NCBI GenBank assembly: GCA_964596525.1
Contig: CAZQUL010000001.1
Location: 601,956 to 665,955 of the forward strand
Direction of reading: 5' to 3'
Source of the DNA: an uncultured Gammaproteobacteria bacterium
GTDB lineage: Bacteria; Patescibacteriota; Patescibacteriia; Magasanikbacterales; GWA2-37-8
Length of the DNA stretch: 64,000 nt
The notes under the pieces were generated by a model, which was given only the letters and a program-made list of their open reading frames with translations, did not search any database and was not told the DNA's origin. Within the stretch, counting starts at the first letter, position 1. Each line of letters starts with the position of its first letter. Made by a program: the position numbers and the translations under genes. Below are positions 28,633-38,161 of this stretch, piece by piece.

Positions 28633-29964
28633 TTATGGCTCATTAATCCTTATTCGCCCTTCCTTTACTTGAATTTTTGATTTAAAATAGCTCATTAATT
28701 CTCTTTTCTCTTCATTTGTTCCATCCCTTAGAATATACTTAACATAAGCCTTTAGATCTATTTCTTCATAGTTAGCCGGGGATTGGGCTATACCCAGCAC
28801 TCGCTTTTGAAGCTTATTTATTCTTTTAATTTCTTCCTCAAATTTATGCTGGATTCCTATGGAATTTAACTCTATCTGGTCTATAAGCTTTTCTAGCTGA
28901 TTAACGAGTTCCTCTTCCCTTAAATACTGATTCTTACAATGCCTATCTTTCGACCTCCCGCACCCATAATAAATATACTTCGCCACCGTTCCATCTTTCA
29001 GCTGCTTATACTTCTCCTCGGCAGAAATACCTGAGCCGCATAAACCGCACGCCATAAGCTTGGTAAAGGCAAACTCGTGACTCTGCCGTACGATATTATC
29101 CCGTTTAAGCTGTGCTTGAGCCAGATCAAACAATTCTTTAGTAATAATCGGCTCATGCTTCCCTTGATACCAATTGCCGGAGTTTTTAGGGTATTCAAAA
29201 ACCCCATAATAAAGGGGGTTTTGCAAGACGCGGAATATGTTTCCTAAAGCCAAGTTGTGATTACCGATTGTCTTGAAATTAAGCTCGAATTTCAGCCAAT
29301 GATATATTTTCCTTCCCGACCATTTCTCATAGGCCATCTTTTCAAAAATTTTCTTCACAATCGGTGCTCGATCTGGATCGATGATAATCTGGCATCTCTT
29401 GTCTATCAGCTTCTGGTTTAAATAGCCGACAGGCGCCAAGCCGGGCCATAAACCCATTTCTACCCGGGCCCTTAAGCCTCGTTTCACATTAATACCTCGA
29501 TTATCGTTCTCCAGTTTTGCCTGACTTCCTAAAATCATGAGAAGGAATTTTTCATTAGGAGAGTTGGTAAAACGCTGTCCATACGTACGGATCTCAGTTA
29601 AAACGTTCTGGTCTATGAGATCGACTATCTTTCCTAGATCGCCGGCGTTTCTAGAAATACGATCTGGTGCCCAGGTAAGTATGCCATTGTATTTTTGATG
29701 CTTGAGGTCTTCAATTATTTCGTTAAAAATCGGACGTTCACCCGCCTCTTTTGCTGAATGGGATTCACGTTTTATTTCTACTACCGTTAACCCTTCTCGC
29801 TCTGCTAGTTGCAACATCTCTTTTACTTGGGAATCAACGGAAAGGACCTGCCGCTCTTCGGACTCAGTACTTTTCCGAGCGTAGAGGCAGTAGCGTACTT
29901 GAGGCACGGCCGTTTGTTTTGCTGCCATCTGTTGAGTTATAGGTGCCATATAAGCTGCATTCAT
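28633..29964 (-). CDS. Large serine recombinase (resolvase + recombinase + Zn ribbon)
   Basis: YARKST catalytic Ser, DRISRN, GKHEPIIT and CGLCG...C...C. Confidence 0.93.
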   Translation of the reverse strand: MNAAYMAPITQQMAAKQTAVPQVRYCLYARKSTESEERQVLSVDSQVKEMLQLAEREGLTVVEIKRESHSAKEAGERPIFNEIIEDLKHQKYNGILTWAPDRISRNAGDLGKIVDLIDQNVLTEIRTYGQRFTNSPNEKFLLMILGSQAKLENDNRGINVKRGLRARVEMGLWPGLAPVGYLNQKLIDKRCQIIIDPDRAPIVKKIFEKMAYEKWSGRKIYHWLKFELNFKTIGNHNLALGNIFRVLQNPLYYGVFEYPKNSGNWYQGKHEPIITKELFDLAQAQLKRDNIVRQSHEFAFTKLMACGLCGSGISAEEKYKQLKDGTVAKYIYYGCGRSKDRHCKNQYLREEELVNQLEKLIDQIELNSIGIQHKFEEEIKRINKLQKRVLGIAQSPANYEEIDLKAYVKYILRDGTNEEKRELMSYFKSKIQVKEGRIRINEP

Positions 29965-30153
29965 AAGGCAGGCTAATATCTTGCCGGTAAAGCCCGGCTT
30001 TCAATGCACACTTATGACGCGATTGCTCTGATGCGTCTACTTTGGCTTTTGTTGGTAACTCAGACTTCACAAATATTCGCGTATGGTCTAAAATGGCCTT
30101 ACAATTTAAATGGCCTAAACCAGGTGAGGCATCTCCCTGGCATGGCCATAAGT

Positions 30154-30254
30154 CCTCAACAGTAGAAAGCTCCTAGTCAGAGCGCTGTTGAGGCTATGCA
30201 GGGAAACTTGCATAGGTCCCGTAAGGGATCGCTGACCGGGAGCTTTGTGTTTTT
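30154..30254 (+). ncRNA. c4-like three-stem RNA with upstream complementary site
   Basis: Closing stem 30166-30180/30232-30246 (14/15 pairs); GAAA- and GUAA-capped hairpins; linker CTGTTGAGG complementary to CCTCAACAG at 30154. Confidence 0.55.
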
Positions 30255-30347
30255 CCGGAAGCTGCCTATTTCCAAGTTTTTATGACAAAACAATCATTTA
30301 AGGAAGCTTAAAAATTTGCTTATTAATTTATTTTTTAGCAAGATTAT

Positions 30348-30596
30348 ATGCCTTTCGTCATACTTTGGATTATCTGCGCTTTTGTTGGGGCAGCCCTTGG
30401 AAAGAGAAAGGGTAGGGGAGGTGTAGGATTCCTTCTGGGTTTATTATTTGGCCCTATTGGCATTTTAGTTGTCCTAGCTATCAGAGGAAATCGAAAAACT
30501 TGTCCTGCCTGCAAAGAACTGATCCACAAAGAAGCTATTAGATGTCCGAGATGCCAATATGATTTAACTACAACTAATAATCCTCCGGCTGCTTAA
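30348..30596 (+). CDS. Small membrane protein with double CxxC zinc ribbon
   Basis: Two TM segments followed by CPAC...CPRC. Confidence 0.75.
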   Translation: MPFVILWIICAFVGAALGKRKGRGGVGFLLGLLFGPIGILVVLAIRGNRKTCPACKELIHKEAIRCPRCQYDLTTTNNPPAA

Positions 30597-30623
30597 GCCG
30601 TATTGTCGGGGTAATTTAGTTTT

Positions 30624-31004
30624 CTAAACACCCCTATCTTCATCAATTAAGTCTTCTAATGTTTTCTCTGGTACTTTAATAGGAATATTTGATTCTGTCC
30701 GGTGCGTTAAGATAACATTCTTTTTTTTCGGCTTATATCTTGGAGAGTTGTGGCTGAGCACGTACTTTATTGCTTCTAGCCTCTTTTCTTTCACGAGCAA
30801 CATTAACGAATGCTCAGCCGCATCGCTCATATTTTCCCTGCCCTGACGCTCGGCCAGTTTTGCTTGTTTATGGAAATCCTTATCTTCTTTACACCACCGA
30901 TAGTAAGTTGATTTATCAATCCCTGTTTTTATGCACGACAAAGACACGTTCCCGCTTTTTGCGATTTCGATAATCAGCTTGGACTTAGTCTCTGCATCGA
31001 TCAT
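30624..31004 (-). CDS. Terminase-small-subunit-like HTH protein (phBC6A51-like)
   Basis: GNVSLSC...GIDKSTYYRW...DKDF...D.AEHSL...AIKYVL. Confidence 0.65.
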   Translation of the reverse strand: MIDAETKSKLIIEIAKSGNVSLSCIKTGIDKSTYYRWCKEDKDFHKQAKLAERQGRENMSDAAEHSLMLLVKEKRLEAIKYVLSHNSPRYKPKKKNVILTHRTESNIPIKVPEKTLEDLIDEDRGV

Positions 31005-31009
31005 ATTTG

Positions 31010-32323
31010 TTATTTAATCTTTACCGGTTTTTTACCCGTTTCCTTTTCCCAGCGTCGTAAAATGACTTGGGTATAAACCGGAGACTTTTCCATAATATAA
31101 CAACGGCGTTTCATCCGTACCGCGCTTATAAGCGTTGACCCACTTCCACCGAATGGTTCAACAATCAAATCATTGCGTTTTGTAAGCACCTTGATGTAGG
31201 GGATAAGGATTTCAACCGGCTTCGTACCGAAAATAATCCCCTGGCCGGAAGACTTCTCATCCGCCGCTTTATAGTCAATAAAATCCGTGGGGCAGATCTT
31301 CTTGCCTTTTTCGTATGATTCCCAGTGCGGCTTGCCGCTGATCGCGTAGAGCGCGGTTTCATACTCGTTTTCCAAGAATTCGCCTTCATCCTCGGTCCGA
31401 GGAGTAATGCCTTCCGTTCCCCCGACAATGGCGATATCATGCTTGTTGAAGAACTTGTTGCTGGCAGCAAAACCCTGCATCCGGTTCGGCACGTGCCAGA
31501 CGATCATGTTCCTCACCTTCCAGTGCTTTTCCATCTCGTTCCAAATAGTCCGGATATTCTTCCAGTTCTCGTATACGATGATGGAGAAATTTTCCTTGGC
31601 GACTTTCCGGATATTGCCCATCCATTTTTCGGTAAAGTCCGGCGGGAGCTCGTCAGTCTCTAAATATCTCCGGTTTTTCTTTGAGCCAAAGCCTCCGTCT
31701 TTGTCCTTCGCTCCCTTGAGATAATCGAGGATGTAGGGCGGATCAGTAAAACACATGTCGGCTTTTTGACCGTTCATAAGCTTAAGCATGTCCTCAGGAA
31801 TCGTAGAGTCTCCGCAAAGAATACGTGATCCGTCTAATTCGTAAATGTCACCTTTTTGCACGGTAACGGTCTGGATATCGATCTTCTCCAACTCTTTCTT
31901 TAAATCAAATTGTTCTTCGTGAATCTCCTGTGGAAAGATATTGTCGAGCTCTTCGCTATCGAAACCGACATCAGACAGGAACGATTCATCGAATTGCGCG
32001 AGCAAGTCGAGATCAAATTCACCGGTATTCTTGTTAAGGCGCAGATTCAGCTTTTTCTCCTTGGAAAGGTCAGGAATATTCACGTAAACGACTGGTATGG
32101 TGACTAGCCCAAGCTCTTTTGCGACTTCGGCTCTGAAATGGCCGCCGATAATGACGTTCAAGCGCTCAGGGGCGCTGTTGCAGATAATGGGGTCAACGAG
32201 GCCGAACTGCTGGATCGATTTTTTAAGCTGCTCGGATTGTTCTTTGGAATGCTTGCGCGGGTTGTATTCCGCGGCGCGCAGATTGTTGATAGGTACTTCG
32301 ATGATACTTATTTTGGGGTTCAT
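31010..32323 (-). CDS. ParB-N domain fused to N6/N4 DNA methyltransferase
   Basis: YNPRK...FGLVDPII...IGGHFR, CGDST, FTDPPY, TKPV and EPFGGSGSTL. Confidence 0.9.
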   Translation of the reverse strand: MNPKISIIEVPINNLRAAEYNPRKHSKEQSEQLKKSIQQFGLVDPIICNSAPERLNVIIGGHFRAEVAKELGLVTIPVVYVNIPDLSKEKKLNLRLNKNTGEFDLDLLAQFDESFLSDVGFDSEELDNIFPQEIHEEQFDLKKELEKIDIQTVTVQKGDIYELDGSRILCGDSTIPEDMLKLMNGQKADMCFTDPPYILDYLKGAKDKDGGFGSKKNRRYLETDELPPDFTEKWMGNIRKVAKENFSIIVYENWKNIRTIWNEMEKHWKVRNMIVWHVPNRMQGFAASNKFFNKHDIAIVGGTEGITPRTEDEGEFLENEYETALYAISGKPHWESYEKGKKICPTDFIDYKAADEKSSGQGIIFGTKPVEILIPYIKVLTKRNDLIVEPFGGSGSTLISAVRMKRRCYIMEKSPVYTQVILRRWEKETGKKPVKIK

Positions 32324-32581
32324 AGGTAAGGTTTAAGGTTAAACAAAAAAGCTAATTCCTATCATGGATTAGCGTTTTTTGAGTTCGACCTGGAAACCTC
32401 AAAGAATCATTTTTCCAATGATAGGGAAATAATGATTTTCGAGATTCCTGGTCTATTTTCTTCTCTGAAGAGTGGCTACGGCTAAATCCGTATTCTGTGA
32501 GCCAAATGAGAAGTTTTTGGTGATCAGGTCCGAAAGATCGAAAGAGGGGTGCTGCATCGGCTGAGCCTGGCAGCTGTAGAT

Positions 32582-32658
32582 AGGATACACTGGGGATAAA
32601 TTGCGTGTCAATGCTGTCAATAAATCTATTGACGGAGAAGGCTGTATAATGATAAAAT
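32582..32658. promoter_or_regulatory. Back-to-back promoters/operator between ParB-MTase and LexA-like gene
   Basis: Palindrome GTCAATA-aatc-TATTGAC (32616-32633); minus-strand TTGACA boxes at 32611 and 32620; plus-strand TTGACG-N18-TAAAAT. Confidence 0.5.
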
Positions 32659-32695
32659 TCGATCATCACCACTTCCTTTCATTATTTTTCAGCTT

Positions 32696-33331
32696 ATGAA
32701 TGAGAATCAACAAAAGATTATTGACCTGGCCAAAAAGAAGAATATCTCCCGAATGAGCTTTCGCGAAATCGGGCGCGAGCTGGGGATTCCGAATCCTCAA
32801 ACGGTTATCTATCATCTGGATCAATTAAAGAAAAAAGGGGTTGTCTATTCTGATGCCGCTCATAAAACCCGCGTCGCAAAACCGAAGGCGTTTGCGATAG
32901 ATAAAATTTTCAACATCCCGATCGTCGGCTCCGCTAATTGCGGGCCTGCTTCGGAATTGGCGCAAGAAGATATACAGGGCTATTTGAAAATTTCACAAAA
33001 ATCGCTCGGCGTCTCCAAGCCCGATGGCTTGATCGCGATTAAGGCGATAGGAGATTCGCTCAATAAAGCGAATATTAACGGTGATGCCATTGAAAATGGC
33101 GATTATGTAGTGGTTGACGCAAAGAAGCAGCCGAAAAACGGTGACTATGTCCTGTCGGTTATCGATAATGCTGCAAATTTTAAGAAGTTTTTTAAAGATG
33201 AAAAAAGAGGGGAGATCAGGTTGATCTCAGAGTCTACGTTCGATTTTCCGCCAATTGTTTTGCACGAAGAAGACTTTGAGAGTTCTGGTTATTTAGTAAA
33301 TGGCGTGGCGGTAAGGGTTGTAAAGACTTAG
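32696..33331 (+). CDS. LexA/S24-family repressor
   Basis: wHTH (SFREIGRELG...HLDQLKKKG), IPIVGSANCG cleavage site, GDSL catalytic Ser and FKK catalytic Lys. Confidence 0.88.
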   Translation: MNENQQKIIDLAKKKNISRMSFREIGRELGIPNPQTVIYHLDQLKKKGVVYSDAAHKTRVAKPKAFAIDKIFNIPIVGSANCGPASELAQEDIQGYLKISQKSLGVSKPDGLIAIKAIGDSLNKANINGDAIENGDYVVVDAKKQPKNGDYVLSVIDNAANFKKFFKDEKRGEIRLISESTFDFPPIVLHEEDFESSGYLVNGVAVRVVKT

Positions 33332-33339
33332 GAAGTTTT

Positions 33340-34710
33340 ATGAGGTATGTATTTCCAAAACCCGCGTCGGAAGATGATTTTGAAGAAATGGTCTGCGATA
33401 TTTTTTCTCGAATTTTTCAGAATCCCAATTTGCAAAGATTTGGTCGGCGGGGGCAAGACCAAAAAGGTCTAGATATTTTAGGGGGTTTTGCGGGTCAGGA
33501 TTTTAGCGATGGAAAATTGGCCGCTATTCAGTGTAAAAATCATCCTGCTGGCATTAAATCCTCTAAGCTTAGACGAGAGCTGGAAAAAGATTTAAAGAAG
33601 TTTGATAAATCCGGTCTTCAAATTAAAAAATTTTATTTTGTAACAAGTGCCGAGAGTGACAAAGATTTAATAGAGTTTGTTTTAAAGATAAATAAGGATC
33701 GCAAGAAAAAGAGGAAAAGTTTAGTAACTATCCGTTTTTGGAATTTTATTCAACAAGAAATATTTAAATATCAAGATCTGGTTTATAAGTATTTCACAAG
33801 GCTGCTTCCCTCAGAAAAAGGCCTTGATACCTACATTCCTGATTTAAAAATGAAAAATAGAGAGACTCTTGTCGTAAAATACAATGAACTTATCGATAAA
33901 GAAGCCGTGTTGAAAATTCGTAAATCATTAGAAAGAATTATTGAAATTAATCTTAAAAATCTAAAACAGTCTAAAGAATATAACTTATATATAGGCGTTT
34001 CTTCAAAAGAAAATAGTATCTCTGATGGAGTAGTTGATCTGAATATAGATTTTAGCGACCTTTTTAAAACTGAAGAGAATCTGGAAGAAAACTTTCGGAA
34101 TATGGCTTCTTCCCTAAAAGGTCTTTTAAAAATCCTTGATAATAAAATTTTTTCTAAACAGGTAGTTCTATATCTAGAGACTGAGATAAGCCTCGCTTTT
34201 TTACTTGGATTATTTTTTAGGAAATATAAGTTTAACGTTAAGATAGTTTTTAAAGACCAGGTATGGACCACTTCTCAAAATGATCTTCAGTATGTAGACC
34301 CGCAACTTGTTGATAAAAAGCCGATTTTAAAATTTCCTGAAAATGATCAGGGTGGAATAATAGTAGACGTACGTAACGGTGCTGGCTTAGATATTGAGCC
34401 TGAGGTTCAGCAGTATCTAAATTCAATCCCAAATTCTCCCTCAGTCCTCCTGTCTTATAGAGTAATAGGTGAAAGAATCCAAAATAGTGCGCATGCGCTA
34501 TCTTTTGCAAAAGGAATAGCGGATAAAATTCTTCAGCTCAGAATGTGGAATATTAATCATATCCATCTTTTTTTCGCAGTCCCAAAACCGGTCGCTTTTC
34601 TTATTGCTTATTCCCTTAATACTTTAAATAGTAGTTTGCACCTGTATTTTAGAAGCGCAGATCGTACAACTTATTTAAAATCATATACTATCACTAACAA
34701 TACTTTTTAA
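33340..34710 (+). CDS. CBASS effector: restriction-endonuclease-like domain + SAVED (Cap4-like)
   Basis: FEEMVCD...GRRGQDQKGLD...IQCK PD-(D/E)xK domain; C-terminal IHLFFAVP..AFLIAYSLN SAVED signature. Confidence 0.85.
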   Translation: MRYVFPKPASEDDFEEMVCDIFSRIFQNPNLQRFGRRGQDQKGLDILGGFAGQDFSDGKLAAIQCKNHPAGIKSSKLRRELEKDLKKFDKSGLQIKKFYFVTSAESDKDLIEFVLKINKDRKKKRKSLVTIRFWNFIQQEIFKYQDLVYKYFTRLLPSEKGLDTYIPDLKMKNRETLVVKYNELIDKEAVLKIRKSLERIIEINLKNLKQSKEYNLYIGVSSKENSISDGVVDLNIDFSDLFKTEENLEENFRNMASSLKGLLKILDNKIFSKQVVLYLETEISLAFLLGLFFRKYKFNVKIVFKDQVWTTSQNDLQYVDPQLVDKKPILKFPENDQGGIIVDVRNGAGLDIEPEVQQYLNSIPNSPSVLLSYRVIGERIQNSAHALSFAKGIADKILQLRMWNINHIHLFFAVPKPVAFLIAYSLNTLNSSLHLYFRSADRTTYLKSYTITNNTF

Positions 34711-34713
34711 TAT

Positions 34714-35724
34714 ATGGCCTCTCTTAACTCTTCTTTTGAAGAATTTCTCAGTAAAATAGAACCAAATAGCAAAATCCAACAATATGCGCAAAAAGCCCAT
34801 ATTTCGCTTACAGATCATCTCAAAAACGATGCTGAATTTGGGGAATTTGTTGAAAACTCTTTCCTTTACGGTTCTTATAAGCGGCACACTGCAGTTGGCG
34901 ATATTGAGGATATCGATATTTGTCTAATAACAAATTTTAACTCCAACGATCCTTCATTGAAACCAAGCGAAGTTTTAAGAAAGCTTAAAGCATCGATAAG
35001 TAATTTTTATAAATTAGAAAATAATACTGAAATTCAAAGAAAGTCCGTTAAAGTAAAAGATGCTCTCCCCGATAATCCTTCAGTCGAGATTTCGCTTGAT
35101 GTTCTACCTGCAATCGCACCGTATGGAGAAGACGGTGTTTTATTGGTGCCGGATAAAGAATTGGCAGCCTGGGTGAAAAGTGACCCGAAAGCTCATCTAG
35201 CTTATGCCACAAATCTAAATTCGCCAGAAAATAGTAATGGTCGTTACATTCCATTAGTTAAGTTGATGAAATGGTGGTGGAAATATCAAAAGGAAGAGAG
35301 GTGGCCTGGCGAGAAACATAAACCTAAAGGTTTTTGGGTAGAATGTTTAACGGGATTATTTTTTAATCCAAACAAGGAAAATTGGGCGGAAAATTTTATA
35401 GCAGTTCTTGAAGGTGTTGAAAATAGCTATGGTAGTGCATCTGACGTGCCCGCTTTACCCGACCCAGGTTTGCCGGGTGAGAGCATAAAAACAAAAATGA
35501 CTAATGAGGATTTTCAAGATTTTATTGAAGTCGTAAAGAATTCTTTAGATTTAGCAAGAAATGCATATAATGAGAGCGATAATTTTCTAAGCTCAAAATT
35601 ATGGCAGTCAATTTTTGGACATAAATTTCCTCTCTCCGAAGGAAATGGTGGCTCAGAAAATAAGTCGATAAATCCGAGCGTTGGAATTAAACCTCATCGG
35701 CCGTGGCATGCGTATGTTGAATGA
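34714..35724 (+). CDS. CBASS CD-NTase (SMODS + AGS-C-like tail)
   Basis: YGSYKRHTAV..IEDIDI, LDVLPA, SDPKAH, LVKLMKWW, WQSIFG.KFP and terminal KPHRPW. Confidence 0.88.
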   Translation: MASLNSSFEEFLSKIEPNSKIQQYAQKAHISLTDHLKNDAEFGEFVENSFLYGSYKRHTAVGDIEDIDICLITNFNSNDPSLKPSEVLRKLKASISNFYKLENNTEIQRKSVKVKDALPDNPSVEISLDVLPAIAPYGEDGVLLVPDKELAAWVKSDPKAHLAYATNLNSPENSNGRYIPLVKLMKWWWKYQKEERWPGEKHKPKGFWVECLTGLFFNPNKENWAENFIAVLEGVENSYGSASDVPALPDPGLPGESIKTKMTNEDFQDFIEVVKNSLDLARNAYNESDNFLSSKLWQSIFGHKFPLSEGNGGSENKSINPSVGIKPHRPWHAYVE

Positions 35725-36403
35725 AAGCGATAAAAAGTGGTTAAAAGAAAAAAATCCAGGATTAGTTATCGAGCCTGATAAAATAACTGGGACCATAAAA
35801 TTTATAGGCGCTTATAGTCCTTCGCTTGATAAATTTTGGCAAATTGAAAAAGGCGTTGTCCCTAGTAAAGACTCCTATATATTAGGGGGTTCATTTTTGG
35901 TGCGTATTCAGGAGAAGGTCGGCCACAGATTTCCCATTCTCTTTTTAGAGGACAGCAAAATTAAAAAAATTCCAGACCGTCATCTTAACTCAGATGGCTC
36001 TGCATGTCTGTATGTTCGTTTAGAAGAGAGTTTTGTTCTGCCTAATTCTGATTTTAAAATTTTTTTTCAACAATTAATCATTCCTTTTTTATACGCACAG
36101 TTATTTTTTGATAGGAAAGGTTGTTGGCCCTGGGATGAATATTCACATGGTTCGGCGGGGATCTTAGAGTCTTTTTTATATTCAAGTGGAAAAATAAAGG
36201 CAGAAGATTGTTTAATAGAGCTAAAAAAATCCAATGATTGGGAAGATGTTAAAAGGATTTTGTCTCAGAAGAAGATTAAAGGCCACTTGACGAGATGTTT
36301 TTGTCCGAAAAAGGATTATTTAAGACGCTGCCATTCCGATGCTTGGAAGGGGATTATAAAGTTGCATGAAGATATGATTGCTCAAAGAATTTTGATTCCT
36401 TAA
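35714..36403 (+). CDS. Prokaryotic E2-like protein with SEC-C-like motif (CBASS accessory)
   Basis: RHLNSDGSACL E2 active-site motif, WPWDEYSHG and CFCPKKDYLRRCH; overlaps the CD-NTase stop. Confidence 0.7.
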   Translation: MLNESDKKWLKEKNPGLVIEPDKITGTIKFIGAYSPSLDKFWQIEKGVVPSKDSYILGGSFLVRIQEKVGHRFPILFLEDSKIKKIPDRHLNSDGSACLYVRLEESFVLPNSDFKIFFQQLIIPFLYAQLFFDRKGCWPWDEYSHGSAGILESFLYSSGKIKAEDCLIELKKSNDWEDVKRILSQKKIKGHLTRCFCPKKDYLRRCHSDAWKGIIKLHEDMIAQRILIP

Positions 36404-36431
36404 TTCTTTTTTAAGCAAGAAAAACGTAAGT

Positions 36432-37754
36432 ATGGAATTAAATCTCAAGCCAAAACAGTATTATATCGACCTTTATGATCATGGGACGGTCGATATTTGT
36501 CGGAGGTTCGACAAGTCATCAGCCGATTATGATCCTATGGAACTTAAGAAAAATAAGATATCTAAACGGCAAACGCTCTTAATAGATAAAGGAGCTCGGC
36601 AATGGCTCGTTCATGTGCAATCCGGCGAGCGGCATTTGAATAAGGAAAAAACTATTCGCGAATGGATGGATGCTGATCAGAAGAGAGACGAGCTGTACGA
36701 ATCTGCCCAGCCTCCCGAAGACATCCCTTGCCTCACGTGCCGCAACCGTCTCAAGGTGGCATGCAAGGAACTTTGGACCGAGCACGAAAAAGAAGATCGA
36801 GTTCTTTTCATGTACGACTGCCCCAATAAGTGCCTTCCGCATCGTGCGTTCTTTTCCGATGGTGAAGAGTGGAGGACGAAGCAACCTGCCTGTCTTCGTT
36901 GTGGATCTCTACTCATCCAAGAATCAGAAGATGACGGGCTTAAGCTCATCACCACATCTTCTTGCAAGAAGTGCAGCCATGCCGAAAAGGAGGAGTATGT
37001 CTGGAGTGCAAAGAAAGGGGAAGATATCGACGAGAACTTTGCTGCCGATCGCGACCGCTATTGTATGACCGACGAGGAAGGCAAGAAGTATCAGGATGAA
37101 AAATGGAACATAGAACGCATCGGAAAGTTCATGAAAGAATAGAAAGAAAAGGAAAAGATGCAGGAAGAAAAGCTCAAGCTAAATCCGAAAGGTTTTCATC
37201 TCGATGGTGCCGGATACGCCTGCTGCATTTGCGGCGATCATACGCCCGAAGGAGATAATTGGCATGAAAAGTACGGAATCAAATGCCTTGTCTGCCAGAA
37301 AGCGATCGACGAGGGCGAGATACCAGCGGCTTTGGCGAAGTACAAAGATAGCTGGTACACCAAGTATGATTTTGAGCACTATTTCAACGTGAAGGGTCCC
37401 GCTCTTAGAATGTGGATCAAGAAAGGTGTTGTCAGTCCGCGCATCATCAGTCATTAGGGCAAAGGCGAGCATGCGCAGGTATTTCTCATGAGAGATAACA
37501 AGAACTTTCTTCCACCGAAGAATCTGTTAAAGAGCCATAGCGTCAACGAGAGAAAGGAAGGTGGAAAGGTCTGGACGCATATGGAACCCTGGTATCGTTT
37601 TGTTGATCCGTATAAGTACCTAAAGAAGTGCAGGATTATGAACTATTTGCGTGTTGTTCCACCCGAAGAAGTGAAGGCTAGGGAGGAGGAAGAAAAGAAG
37701 AAGTATGAAGAGAAAAAAATCCGTCGAGAAGCTCAAAGAAAAATGCGGAAGTAG
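36432..37754 (+). pseudogene. Zn-finger/HTH protein interrupted by two in-frame TAG codons
   Basis: ORFs 36432-37142, 37158-37457 and 37488-37754 share one frame, separated only by TAG at 37140 and 37455. Confidence 0.8.
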
Positions 37755-37774
37755 TGTCGCATTTGTCGTATTTT
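37755..37774 (+). repeat. Boundary repeat X, copy 1
   Basis: TGTCGCATTTGTCGTATTTT, 19/20 identical to 45444-45463. Confidence 0.8.
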
Positions 37775-37819
37775 GTTTTTTTCAATTGTTTTAACTATTC
37801 TATTTCTTACTAAATTTTT

Positions 37820-38119
37820 ATGACTCTTTATATCTATGATACAAGCGGCCGAACAGTAGGTTTCCGGAGAGGAAAGTATATTCACGATATGCATGGTAAA
37901 GCCATAGGGCAGATTAACAGGGAGACGCACGTCCACAAGCTCTCAGGAGAATATGTAGGAGAACTCGATCATGACATGGTGGTTGATAAGCATCTGGGCA
38001 ACCTTGGGAATATTGGAAATCCCGGGAATCCCGGTAATCCAGGTTCTCCGGGCAACCCAGGTAGCCGGGGAAGTGTTAATTATGGTTATCCTGATGTTTT
38101 TTCAAAACTTGAAGAATAA
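37820..38119 (+). CDS. 4-fold beta-flower-like protein with G-N-P repeats
   Basis: YIYDTSGRTVG/YIHDMHGKAIG/HVHKLSGEYVG repeats followed by (GNP)n. Confidence 0.7.
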   Translation: MTLYIYDTSGRTVGFRRGKYIHDMHGKAIGQINRETHVHKLSGEYVGELDHDMVVDKHLGNLGNIGNPGNPGNPGSPGNPGSRGSVNYGYPDVFSKLEE

Positions 38120-38161
38120 TACCCAAATCTTGACGCGTGTTAATCGATTATCACCCTCCGG

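Noticed and set aside
32352-32672. 106-aa minus-strand ORF between ParB-MTase and the LexA-like gene (possible Cro)
   Set aside because: No HTH pattern, a weak start, and it overlaps the divergent promoter elements.
36432-37754. Genome- or element-wide stop-codon recoding (code 15 or 25)
   Set aside because: TAG and TGA terminate many intact neighbouring genes at expected lengths; only this gene is interrupted.
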